A stretch of 32,000 nucleotides of DNA from positions 880,712-912,711 of the forward strand of contig NC_000909.1 in the NCBI RefSeq assembly GCF_000091665.1, read 5' to 3'. Of the stretch, positions 8,564 to 18,414 are shown in pieces (positions within the stretch are counted from its first letter, which is position 1; every line of letters begins with the position of its first letter). The stretch is from Methanocaldococcus jannaschii DSM 2661. Lineage in GTDB: Archaea > AGJL01 > Methanococci > Methanococcales > Methanocaldococcaceae. The position numbers and the translations under genes were made by a program. The notes under the pieces were generated by a model, which worked only from the letters and a program-made list of their open reading frames with translations, did not search any database and was not told where the DNA came from.

Positions 8564-9844
8564 ATGAAAAAATTCATTTTATTTTTAATAATTTTATTAT
8601 TTTCTATTTATTTTTTAAATGTCTCTTCAGCAGAAGTTTGTCCATTTAAGGATGGATTTATAATAATTTACCATGATATTGGTTATGATAAGCTTTTTGG
8701 ATATACTTACAACGATTCGGAGATTTTGTATTTTAATAATAAAAATTTAATGGACATAACTCCTATTTCTGACTATTATTTCCCTGAGTTGTATCATAAT
8801 ATAACATATTTTGAGTGTGGCTCAACTAATAATTTAACTATATTATCTTTTGGATATTTTTATTTCCCAAAAAATGGTGACGGAATAGTTTTTTTAGGTG
8901 TTTTAGTATACACAACAAAAAACAATAAAATAAACTACACTGAGAAAATACTGTGGGCTGATGTTTTTTATTCAGTTGATGATTTTGATATATCTCCTCC
9001 AGCATGTTCCCCTAATGAGGCATTACTTGTTTATTGTTATAAAATGAAAGCAGATTATCCAGAAAATATTCTTGTGTTAATAAATAACACCAACATAACC
9101 GAATTAAAGAAGTTTGAGGATGACGACTATTATACTACGTTCCAACATTACATATATCAACCTATATTCATCTTTACAACCTATGATTCGAAGGCAAAGA
9201 AGTTTTATATCTTAGATGGGCGTTTATCAAATACTTCATTTCCTTTGTATTCTTATTACGGTGGAAAAATCCATTTCGAAGATAACATAACTCTTCCAAA
9301 ATATGAAAATATTTCTTGGGAGTGTATGGATTTTTACAGCATAAATGGGACTTTATATATTGTTATGAAGAAACTTAATTGCTCCAATATCAATTATGCA
9401 GGTTGGTATGAAGATTATTTAAATCAGAAGCCATATCTTCTTATATGGAAAAATAAAACCATAAAAATCATAAGTAATTGCTCAAATCCATATTATTTTG
9501 TTAAAATCAAAGGAGGAGAAATTCCAATAGAAAAAAGCTATCTAAAAAAGATTTTTGGAAATAAATATGAAAGTATAAGAATTACGGATTTAGCATACAA
9601 TAACGGAATATTATTGATTGAAACCAACGAAAATCACAAACTACACTATTATATTGTAAAAAACAACTCAATAGAAGAGATAAAACTAAAAAACATTATA
9701 AAATTGTATAAAAAGAAACATAGCTTATGGGATGATATTAAAAAAGAATTAGAACCAAAAATTTATTGGGTAATACATAACTGGTATATAATAGTTTTAA
9801 TTATAGCTGGTTTGTTGTGGATGGCTATATTATGGAAAAAATAA
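8564..9844 (+). CDS. Uncharacterised exported protein with C-terminal membrane anchor
   Basis: Signal peptide MKKFILFLIILLFSIYFLNVSSA, large Asn/Tyr-rich ectodomain, C-terminal TM segment WYIIVLIIAGLLWMAILWKK. Confidence 0.75.
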   Translation: MKKFILFLIILLFSIYFLNVSSAEVCPFKDGFIIIYHDIGYDKLFGYTYNDSEILYFNNKNLMDITPISDYYFPELYHNITYFECGSTNNLTILSFGYFYFPKNGDGIVFLGVLVYTTKNNKINYTEKILWADVFYSVDDFDISPPACSPNEALLVYCYKMKADYPENILVLINNTNITELKKFEDDDYYTTFQHYIYQPIFIFTTYDSKAKKFYILDGRLSNTSFPLYSYYGGKIHFEDNITLPKYENISWECMDFYSINGTLYIVMKKLNCSNINYAGWYEDYLNQKPYLLIWKNKTIKIISNCSNPYYFVKIKGGEIPIEKSYLKKIFGNKYESIRITDLAYNNGILLIETNENHKLHYYIVKNNSIEEIKLKNIIKLYKKKHSLWDDIKKELEPKIYWVIHNWYIIVLIIAGLLWMAILWKK

Positions 9845-9867
9845 TTAAATTTAAATATAAATAAAAT

Positions 9868-11025
9868 CTATTCTTTCAATAGAACTTCTTTTGCTACCTC
9901 TACTCCACTCTCTTTAACTTCAAATCCAAGCTCTTTTAAAGCCAATTCTACACAAGCAAGTGTTGCTAAAACTTCTTTCTCTCCACAGATTCCCATGTGT
10001 CCAATTCTGAATATCTTTCCAGCTAAGTGCTTCTGCCCACCAGCAACAACTATGTTGTATTTGTTGCTTAATATACCTCTAAATTTGCTATCTTCAATGC
10101 CTTCTGGATATTTTGCTGATGTAACTGTTACTGACCTTGCCCTCTCCTTGGCAAACAACTCTATTCCCATTGCCTCCAAACCAGCCCTTGTTGCTTTTGC
10201 TAATCTCTCATGTCTTTTAACCCTATTCTCGATTCCTTCCTCTAAAACTAAATCTAATGCAACATTTAAGGCATAGGTTAAATTAACTGATGGTGTGTAT
10301 GGGGTTTGTTTTTTCTCTTCATAGTATTTTTTATAAGCCAATAAATCTAAGTAGAAACCAACTTTGTCATCATTCTTCTTAATAACTTCCCATGCCTTTT
10401 CACTGACTGTTATTGCAGCCAATCCTGGTGGAGCTGCCAAACATTTTTGAGAACCAGTAACACAGATATCTATGTGGAATTTATCAACATTTACATAATC
10501 TCCTCCTAATGATGAGACAGTATCAACAATGTATAAAGCATCATAGTCCTTAACAACCTCTCCAATCTCTTTTATTGGGTTTCTTGCCCCTGTTGATGTT
10601 TCATTATGCACTACTGTAACTGCTTTGATGTCATCATATTTGTCCAATATCTCTTTAACTGCCTCTGGCTCTGCCATATCTCCCCATTCTACATCTAATC
10701 TAATTGCCTCTCCTTTGTATGCTTTAACTATATTTGCAAATCTCTCTCCAAAGTTTCCTGTAACAATGTTTAAAACCTTATCTCCTCTTTTTATTATGTT
10801 TGATATTGCCATATCCATTGCTGCTGTTCCTGAACCAGTAATTAAGAATGTATCGTTTTCAGTTATGAATACTTTTTTTAATTTTTCTATTGTGTCTTCC
10901 AATAAGTTGCTGTAATCCTTTGTCCTATGTCCAATAACTGGCAATGCCATTGCATTTAAAACCTCTGGTGGAACCATTGTAGGCCCTGGAATCATCAATA
11001 GCTTTTTAACTGCATCTATTTTCAT
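9868..11025 (-). CDS. Class V (serine-pyruvate/alanine-glyoxylate-like) aminotransferase; broad-specificity aspartate/phosphoserine aminotransferase
   Basis: MLMIPGPTMVPPEVLNAM, TGSGTAAMD, DTVSSLGGDYVNVDKFHIDICVTGSQKCLAAPPGLA. Confidence 0.85.
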   Translation of the reverse strand: MKIDAVKKLLMIPGPTMVPPEVLNAMALPVIGHRTKDYSNLLEDTIEKLKKVFITENDTFLITGSGTAAMDMAISNIIKRGDKVLNIVTGNFGERFANIVKAYKGEAIRLDVEWGDMAEPEAVKEILDKYDDIKAVTVVHNETSTGARNPIKEIGEVVKDYDALYIVDTVSSLGGDYVNVDKFHIDICVTGSQKCLAAPPGLAAITVSEKAWEVIKKNDDKVGFYLDLLAYKKYYEEKKQTPYTPSVNLTYALNVALDLVLEEGIENRVKRHERLAKATRAGLEAMGIELFAKERARSVTVTSAKYPEGIEDSKFRGILSNKYNIVVAGGQKHLAGKIFRIGHMGICGEKEVLATLACVELALKELGFEVKESGVEVAKEVLLKE

Positions 11026-11069
11026 AATCTCCCTCCATAAAAATTATTTTTATGAATTGGGATTATTCT

Positions 11070-11723
11070 TTATTTTCTACTCTTTAAGTATTCATCCCAA
11101 TCTTTTAAGAATCTCTCCAAACCAATGTCTGTTAATGGGTGATTGAATAGCTTGTCCATAACTGCTGGTGGCATTGTTGCAATATCTGCTCCTATTTTTG
11201 CCGCCTCTAAAACATGCCATGGGTGTCTAACTGAAGCAACTATAACTTCAGTCTTAATATCGTAGTTTTTGTATATCTTTACAACATCCTCAATTAACTT
11301 CATCCCAACGTGTCCAATGTCATCTAACCTTCCAACGAATGGTGATACATAGGTAGCCCCTGCCTTAGCAGCAACTAAAGCCTGTAATGGAGAGAAAACT
11401 AATGTTACATTTGTTTTTATTCCTTCAGCTGATAATATTTTAACTGCCTTCATTCCATCTTTTGTCATTGGGATTTTTATAACTATGTTATCTGCTAATT
11501 TTGCCAATTCTCTTGCCTCTTTAACCATTCCCTCAGCATCTGTTGAGATAACCTCAGCACTTACTGGACCTTCAACAATTTCACAGATTTCTTTAACAAC
11601 TTCATAGAAATCTCTTCCTTCCTTAGCTACCAATGTTGGGTTTGTTGTAACCCCATCTACTAATCCAAGCTCAGCATATTTTTTAATCTCTTCAACATTT
11701 GCAGTGTCTAAGAAGAATTTCAT
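11070..11723 (-). CDS. tal: Transaldolase-like protein (TalB/fructose-6-phosphate aldolase family)
   Basis: [62 protein letters not shown]. Confidence 0.93.
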   Translation of the reverse strand: MKFFLDTANVEEIKKYAELGLVDGVTTNPTLVAKEGRDFYEVVKEICEIVEGPVSAEVISTDAEGMVKEARELAKLADNIVIKIPMTKDGMKAVKILSAEGIKTNVTLVFSPLQALVAAKAGATYVSPFVGRLDDIGHVGMKLIEDVVKIYKNYDIKTEVIVASVRHPWHVLEAAKIGADIATMPPAVMDKLFNHPLTDIGLERFLKDWDEYLKSRK

Positions 11724-11939
11724 CCCTATCCCTCTTATAAAATTTTATGATAGGCTTTTAGGAAATTATATATCGTAGGGGGTTAAAAAGTTATCTCTTA
11801 TTATTAATTTGAATATACAAAGGTTTTTATAGTAGTAAATTATATACCACTATTTTGTTTATTATGTTTTAACTACACTTCAACTCTCAAATGGAAAATC
11901 TATTTTTAAATTTATAATAAAGACAATTTACGTGATACT

Positions 11940-14228
11940 ATGGTAAATTTTGATGAAGAAGTTTTTAGAGCATATTATGAACATAAAATAAAGAGTTTTA
12001 TAAAAGAAGAGCTGTCTAATAATTTAATTAAGGGGAATATCTTTGAATTTGACATTGAGAAGTTTTTAATGCACTTTCCAGATGCATGTGAAGTTAATGA
12101 CTTAATCATTGAGAGACCGAAAGAAATTGAGGAAATAATATTGGATATATTTAAAGAAGCTTATGTTGAACTATTTGGTGAAGATAAAGAGTTAGAAAAG
12201 ATACAAATTGCATTTAAAAATCCAAAAGGTTGTGAAAAATTAATTGAGGAGATTTCTGCTGAAGATATAAACAAATTGGTTAAATTTGAAGGAAATATAC
12301 TGCAAGCAGGAAAAGTTAATGCACTTTTAAAAAAGGCAGTATATTACTGTAACAAAAGAATAAAAGATGAAAATGGAGGTTTTTTGTGTAAATACACATA
12401 TACTCCATGTGATGGACGTGTTGAAATTGAGATTGATGACTACTTTAGTGAAGGAGAATTTATTAAGGACATGTTATCTCCAAGAGAGGTCAAAAAAATT
12501 TTAGAAAACAAAAAAGTTTGGGATAAATTAGTGGAAAAAGGGAAAATCCCAAGATGTGTGGATTTGAAGGAAAATGATGAAGTTTTTAAAGAAAATTTAA
12601 AGGAAATAAAGTTCATTTTGGATGAATATGATTCAATATATGTGAATATTCAGGAGATGGAGATTCAGCAGCCAATTGATTTAATGAAAAATCCTGAAGA
12701 GCCAGCGAGGAGCATTAGAGTCTTTTTAGAAAACACTCCGGGAATATATGCAGGAAGGGTAAATGTTATAGGAAGGGTTATGAAAAGAGAGTATAGACAT
12801 AACATCCCAATTTATAAAATTTACATTAAAAGTAACTATATTAAAATTTCTGAAAGTTATAATAAAATTGAAGTTAAAGATATATTAAGAAATGAAGAGC
12901 TTATAGAGACTTTAAATGAATTAGGGAGAAAGAAAAATATTATTGACATTTTATCAAACTATCTAATCTCTCAAATAAAAGGTTATGAATTAGTTAAAAA
13001 AGCCATATTTTTGCAACAAATAAAAGGAGCTTTTAAATTTTTACCTGATGGGACTCCTTTAAGAAGGGATAGCCATATTTTATTAATTACAGACCCAGGT
13101 ATTGGAAAATCAACAATGCTCAGAAGAATAGCAAGATTATTCCCTCAAAATGCTTATGCATCAGTAACAACTGCTACTGGAGGAGGTTTAACTGCTATAG
13201 TAACAAGAGAGGCTACTGAAATCGGAGATGGATGGGTTGTTAAGCCGGGGGTTTTTGTTAGAGCTAATGAAGGAACTGCATGTATTGATGAGCTAACTGT
13301 AGATAAGAATGTAATGAAATATATATTGGAGGCTATGGAGAGCCAGACAATCCACGTCAATAAAGGAGGGATTAATGTTAAACTGCCCGCAAGATGTGCA
13401 GTTTTAGCAGCATGCAACCCAAAGAGGGGAAGATTTGATAGGAATTTAACTGTTATTGAGCAGATAGATATTCCAGCCCCATTGCTTAGTAGATTTGATT
13501 TAATATTTCCATTGATGGATAAACCAAATAGAAAGAGTGATGAAGAGATAGCTGAACATATATTAAACACCCATATTGAGACAGCAACAAAAGACTACAA
13601 AATCTTAGGAGCTATTGATATTGATGGAATAACAGTGGATGAGAAGCTTTTAAAATACTATATTATTTATGCAAGGAGCTGTGCATACATAGAAGAGAAT
13701 CAAGATTTATACTTAGGAGAGTTTGATGAAACAAAGTTAATTATGCCTTATTTAACTGATAAAGCAAAAAAGATGATTAAAAAGTATTACTTAGAGATGA
13801 GAAAGTTGGGAGAGGGGGATAACCCAATACCAATAACTGCAAGGCAGTTAGAGGCAATTATTAGGATTGCTGAAATGCATGCAAAGGCAAGACTATCAGA
13901 TAAAGTTGAAGATGTCGATGCTGAAGTGGCAATAAGTATTATTGATGATTGCTTAAAACAGGTAGCTTATGACCCAGAAACTGGAACTTTGGACTTGGAT
14001 AAGATAGCTGGAACTCCAAAGTCAAGAAGAGATAAGATGGACGCTGTCCTTAACATTATTAGGGAGATTGTTAGCTTGAGAGATGATGGTTTAGCACCAG
14101 AAGAGGAGATATATGAAAAAGCGATGGCTATTGGTTTATCTGAAAAGGATGTTAATGATGCCTTAGAATATTTAAAGAAAGCTGGAGATATATACAATCC
14201 AAGATATGGATTCTGGGGTTTATTATGA
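11940..14228 (+). CDS. mcm: Minichromosome maintenance (MCM) helicase, divergent paralog
   Basis: AAA+ core with TDPGIGKSTMLRRI (Walker A), GTACIDELT (Walker B region), LLSRFDLIF (Arg finger), and a C-terminal winged-helix segment. Confidence 0.92.
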   Translation: MVNFDEEVFRAYYEHKIKSFIKEELSNNLIKGNIFEFDIEKFLMHFPDACEVNDLIIERPKEIEEIILDIFKEAYVELFGEDKELEKIQIAFKNPKGCEKLIEEISAEDINKLVKFEGNILQAGKVNALLKKAVYYCNKRIKDENGGFLCKYTYTPCDGRVEIEIDDYFSEGEFIKDMLSPREVKKILENKKVWDKLVEKGKIPRCVDLKENDEVFKENLKEIKFILDEYDSIYVNIQEMEIQQPIDLMKNPEEPARSIRVFLENTPGIYAGRVNVIGRVMKREYRHNIPIYKIYIKSNYIKISESYNKIEVKDILRNEELIETLNELGRKKNIIDILSNYLISQIKGYELVKKAIFLQQIKGAFKFLPDGTPLRRDSHILLITDPGIGKSTMLRRIARLFPQNAYASVTTATGGGLTAIVTREATEIGDGWVVKPGVFVRANEGTACIDELTVDKNVMKYILEAMESQTIHVNKGGINVKLPARCAVLAACNPKRGRFDRNLTVIEQIDIPAPLLSRFDLIFPLMDKPNRKSDEEIAEHILNTHIETATKDYKILGAIDIDGITVDEKLLKYYIIYARSCAYIEENQDLYLGEFDETKLIMPYLTDKAKKMIKKYYLEMRKLGEGDNPIPITARQLEAIIRIAEMHAKARLSDKVEDVDAEVAISIIDDCLKQVAYDPETGTLDLDKIAGTPKSRRDKMDAVLNIIREIVSLRDDGLAPEEEIYEKAMAIGLSEKDVNDALEYLKKAGDIYNPRYGFWGLL

Positions 14229-14611
14229 AAAAGTTCTTAGAAAAAAAGCTAAAGAAGATAGCTTATGAAAGAATTGATATATTGATGAGCTTAGCTGAAG
14301 AAGAGGCAAAGAAAGGTAATTGGGATAGAGCTAAGAGATATGTATATTTAGCAAGAAGAATAGCCATGAAAATGAGAATAAGATTCCCTAAAAAATGGAA
14401 GAGAAGGATATGCAAAAAATGTGGAACCTTTTTGTTGTATGGAAGGAATGCAAGGGTTAGAATTAAGAGCAAGAGATATCCCCACGTTGTTATAACATGC
14501 TTAGAATGCGGAGCAATATATAGAATCCCAATGATTAGAGAGAAGAAAGAAAAGAGAAGGAAAAAATTAGAGGAAAGATTAAAAGCAAAATCAAACTCAC
14601 AAACCTCTTAA
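14225..14611 (+). CDS. rnp4: Ribonuclease P protein component Rpp21/Rnp4
   Basis: LMSLAEEEAKKGNWDRAKRYVYLARRIAMKMRIRFPKKWKRRICKKCGTFLL...CLECGAIYR zinc ribbon. ATGA overlap with mcm. Confidence 0.9.
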   Translation: MKKFLEKKLKKIAYERIDILMSLAEEEAKKGNWDRAKRYVYLARRIAMKMRIRFPKKWKRRICKKCGTFLLYGRNARVRIKSKRYPHVVITCLECGAIYRIPMIREKKEKRRKKLEERLKAKSNSQTS

Positions 14612-16288
14612 CTTTTTTGTTTCTTCCATATCAACAACGAAATCATCATCTTTTTTGATAATTTTTACTTTATAATCCCTATATGCCGATTTTATGGAAA
14701 TTTTTTCATCTTTAACATCCTCTAATATTAGATTTATATCTCTTTCATAAGGAGAGCCGTAGCCCCCACCACCAGGAGTGTTTATTTCAACTATATCACC
14801 ACAACTTAAATATAAAGTATCTTTTCCAGATAATGGGATTTTTTTACCATCTTTTATAACATAATGCTCTCCACACGCTCCACTATAGCCATTATTAACT
14901 CCCCATGGGGAAATTTTAATTCTATCAGCAATTATGGAGAGCATGCAGTCAGATAGCATTTTATAAACTCTCCTTATTCCCAAACCTCCCCTATACTTCC
15001 CAGCTCCTCCAGAATCTTCTCTTAGAGAGTATTCAAGAATCATTATTGGATATTCGTTCTCTATAACTTCAATTGGAGTATTGAGAGTGTTTGTCATATT
15101 TGCATGAACTCCATCAACTCCATCTTTTCCATTTCTTCCTCCAAATCCTCCTCCAATTGTTTCATAGAATGCCCAACCTCTTCCCCCAATAATAACGTTG
15201 TTCATACTCCCGTTTGATGCGGCTGGCACTCTATCTGGGAATTCATGGTAGAGGGCTTTAAATATCACATCAACTATTCTTTGAGAGGTTTCTACATTAC
15301 CAACAGAAACTGGAGCTGGTTTCTTTGGATTAACAATTGTTTCCTCTGGAGCAATGATATTTAAAACTCTAAAGATACCATGATTCATTGGTAAATCAGG
15401 GTCTATAACTGCCTTTAATGCAAAGGATGTTGATGCAACGGTAACACCATAAACAGCATTTAATGGAGCATCTAACTGTCTATGCGTTCCAGTAAAATCA
15501 ACTTTTATTTTGCCATTTTTTATCTCAATCTTCATATTTATATTTATTAATTTGTCCTTATATTCAAGGTAATCTACTGCCTCACATATACAGTTAATAT
15601 CTCTAATTTTTGATTTTAAATATTCCTCAGAATAATCTAAACTCTTATTCCATGCCTCAGTAACTTCTCTATCCCCATACTTTTCAATTAGTTTTAAAAT
15701 TCTCTCAACACCAATGTTCAATGATGCTATTTGAGCTTTTAAATCTCCAATTGTTGATTTTGGCACTCTAACATTTGATGTTATTAGATTTAAGAGCTCT
15801 TTGTTTAACTTTCCATTTATAACGAGCTTAGAGGGAGGAATAATTAAACCTTCGTGGTAGAGTTCTTTTACGTTACTGCTTATACTTCCTGGTGCATAGC
15901 CACCAACATCTACATGATGAGCCTTATTTGCCACATAGCCAATTATTTCATCGTTATAAAATATTGGTTTTAAGAGGGTGATGTCATTTAGATGAGTTCC
16001 AGCTATGTATGGGTCGTTAACGATAATTACATCGTCCTTCTCAATCTCAATGCTCTCTTTTTTTAGATAATCAACGGTATTCTTAACTCCAATAGCCATA
16101 CTCCCTAAATGCACTGGGATGTGTTCAGCTTGGGCTATTAACTCTCCATTTGATGATAAGATAGCACAGCTAAAATCTAATCTGTCCTTAATATTTGGAG
16201 AATAGGCTGTATTTCTCAAAATAATTCCCATCTCTTCTGCAATATATGAGGTAGAGCTTTTAATAACCTCAACTGTAATTTTATCCAT
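14597..16288 (-). CDS. hyuB: N-methylhydantoinase B / 5-oxoprolinase C-terminal-type subunit
   Basis: SSTSYIAEEMGIILRNTAYSPNIKDRLDFSCAIL...GGAGKYRGGLGIRR...PGGGGYG. Confidence 0.9.
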   Translation of the reverse strand: MDKITVEVIKSSTSYIAEEMGIILRNTAYSPNIKDRLDFSCAILSSNGELIAQAEHIPVHLGSMAIGVKNTVDYLKKESIEIEKDDVIIVNDPYIAGTHLNDITLLKPIFYNDEIIGYVANKAHHVDVGGYAPGSISSNVKELYHEGLIIPPSKLVINGKLNKELLNLITSNVRVPKSTIGDLKAQIASLNIGVERILKLIEKYGDREVTEAWNKSLDYSEEYLKSKIRDINCICEAVDYLEYKDKLININMKIEIKNGKIKVDFTGTHRQLDAPLNAVYGVTVASTSFALKAVIDPDLPMNHGIFRVLNIIAPEETIVNPKKPAPVSVGNVETSQRIVDVIFKALYHEFPDRVPAASNGSMNNVIIGGRGWAFYETIGGGFGGRNGKDGVDGVHANMTNTLNTPIEVIENEYPIMILEYSLREDSGGAGKYRGGLGIRRVYKMLSDCMLSIIADRIKISPWGVNNGYSGACGEHYVIKDGKKIPLSGKDTLYLSCGDIVEINTPGGGGYGSPYERDINLILEDVKDEKISIKSAYRDYKVKIIKKDDDFVVDMEETKKLRGL

Positions 16289-16300
16289 AACAATCCCCTT

Positions 16301-18343
16301 TTATCTCTCAATTCTTAAACATCCGTATTTATCAACAAAAGCTGTATAATCTGGAGGAATTACGATAGTTGAATCATACTCTTCAACTACTGCCGGTCCT
16401 TCAAATATAGCTCCTGGTTTAAGCTTATCCCTATTATAAATTGCAGTCTCTTCCCATCCACTGCTGAAATAAACCTTTCTATAACTCTCTGGCTTTGGTT
16501 TGTATTCTTTAACTTCATAACATTTTATCTCTGGCTTTGTTAATAAACCAATAATTGTAACCCTTGCATTAACCAACTCAATATCTTCCTCTAAAGAACT
16601 GAATTTATAAACAGTCTCATGCTTTTTGTGGAAGTTATCTGCCAATTCTTTTAAATCTCCAGTCCAAGGGATTGTTAGTTCATAAGATTGCCCTTTATAT
16701 CTAACATCAATCTGTTTAACTATCTTTATCTCCTCAAAGCCCTCAACCTCTTTAAGTCCCTCCTCTATTAGCTCAATAAATATATTCTCAATCTCTTCCT
16801 CATCAACTTCATCTATATCTTTCAATATACTCTTAGCTTTATCTACCCTACAATCAGCCAATAAAAGCCCTAAAGCAGAGAAAACACCACACGAAGGAGG
16901 AATTAATATAGAGCTAATCTCCATCTCCTCTGCCAACTCAACTCCATGTAAAGGTCCAGCTCCACCAAAAACATACATGACAAAATCCCTTGGGTCATAG
17001 CCTCTCTCAACTGTAACTATTCTTAAAGCCTTTGCCATGGTGGTGTTTGCCAATCTTATTATTCCATAGGCGATTTCTTCAACACTCTCCCCTATTTTTT
17101 CAGCTAATTTTGATATTGCCTTTTCAGCTAAATCTTTTCTTAATTTTAATAGACCACCACTAAGCTTCTCTCCCAATCTACCAAGGATTAAGTTGGCATC
17201 AGTTATTGTTGGTTTATCATTTCCCTTTCCATAGCAAACAGGCCCCGGGTCAGCTCCAGCACTTATCGGCCCAACTCTTAAGGCATTTCCTTCATCAACC
17301 CATGCTATTGTCCCTCCTCCAGCACTAACCTCAGCCAAATCAATAAATGGAAATCTAACAGGATAACCAGAGCCTTTAATTAATCTTCCAGCATGAACCT
17401 CTCCTCCAACCTCATACTCATTTGTTACCAATGGAGAGTTGTTAATTATAGTTGATGCCTTAGCAGTTGTTCCACCCATATCAAAGCCTATAACTTTGTT
17501 ATCATTTAAAATTTTTGAAAAATAGGCGACTGCAATAGCTCCAGCGGCTGGACCGGATTCTATAAATGCTGCAGGTCTTTCAGTGGCATATTTTATATTT
17601 GAGATGCCTCCACTACTCTGCATAACATAAAACTTTCCATTAAAGCCTTTGTTTTTTAAAGAATCTATGAAGTTTTTTAGATAATTGGACACTAATGGCT
17701 TTAGATAGGCGTTAATAACGGTTGTGCTTGTTCTCTCATACTCCTTATACTCTGGATTTATTTCGTAGGAGGTTATAACATCCACATTAGAGCAGAGATT
17801 TTTTATTATTTCCCTTGCCTTCTTTTCATGGATTGGATTCTTATAGCTGTGTAAAAAAGAGATAACAACAACTTCATAATCCTTTTTCTTAATAATTTCA
17901 GCTATTTTTTGCAATTCCTCCTCATTTAGTGGAGTGATTATATTTCCATTTGCATCTATCCTCTCTTCAACCTCATATCTGTCTCTCCTCTTTATTAATG
18001 GCTTTGGCTTTTCAAAGAATAAATCATAAAGTTTAGGCCTCCTCTGCCTACCAATTTCAATAACATCCTTAAATCCCTTTGTTGTAATTAGTGCAATTTT
18101 TGGTGGGTTTAAGTGCTCTTGCCCTAAAAACATGTTTGTTCCTAAGGTGGTTGCGTGGATTAAAATATTTATCTTATCAAATTCTATTTTAGCAGTTTCT
18201 ATTGCATTTATTGCCCCAACATCAGGACTCTTTGGAGTTGTTGGAACTTTAACTACATGAAATTCTTTGCTATATTCATCAAAATAAACGAGGTCTGTAA
18301 ATGTCCCACCTATATCAATTCCTACTCTGTATCCCATAACCAT
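16301..18343 (-). CDS. hyuA: N-methylhydantoinase A / 5-oxoprolinase N-terminal-type subunit (ASKHA fold)
   Basis: RVGIDIGGTFTDLVYFDE...HATTLGTNMFLGQ...GFDMGGTTAKAS...VFGGAGPLHG. Confidence 0.92.
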   Translation of the reverse strand: MVMGYRVGIDIGGTFTDLVYFDEYSKEFHVVKVPTTPKSPDVGAINAIETAKIEFDKINILIHATTLGTNMFLGQEHLNPPKIALITTKGFKDVIEIGRQRRPKLYDLFFEKPKPLIKRRDRYEVEERIDANGNIITPLNEEELQKIAEIIKKKDYEVVVISFLHSYKNPIHEKKAREIIKNLCSNVDVITSYEINPEYKEYERTSTTVINAYLKPLVSNYLKNFIDSLKNKGFNGKFYVMQSSGGISNIKYATERPAAFIESGPAAGAIAVAYFSKILNDNKVIGFDMGGTTAKASTIINNSPLVTNEYEVGGEVHAGRLIKGSGYPVRFPFIDLAEVSAGGGTIAWVDEGNALRVGPISAGADPGPVCYGKGNDKPTITDANLILGRLGEKLSGGLLKLRKDLAEKAISKLAEKIGESVEEIAYGIIRLANTTMAKALRIVTVERGYDPRDFVMYVFGGAGPLHGVELAEEMEISSILIPPSCGVFSALGLLLADCRVDKAKSILKDIDEVDEEEIENIFIELIEEGLKEVEGFEEIKIVKQIDVRYKGQSYELTIPWTGDLKELADNFHKKHETVYKFSSLEEDIELVNARVTIIGLLTKPEIKCYEVKEYKPKPESYRKVYFSSGWEETAIYNRDKLKPGAIFEGPAVVEEYDSTIVIPPDYTAFVDKYGCLRIER

Positions 18344-18414
18344 CCCATAAAAATTAGTATTAGAAGCTATAACTTATTTTAATGCCAAAAAATATAAACA
18401 TTTCTGGTGAAATA

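Noticed and set aside
11940-14228. Possible intein in the MCM gene
   Set aside because: The AAA+ core is contiguous with no intein-length insertion or splice-junction motifs.
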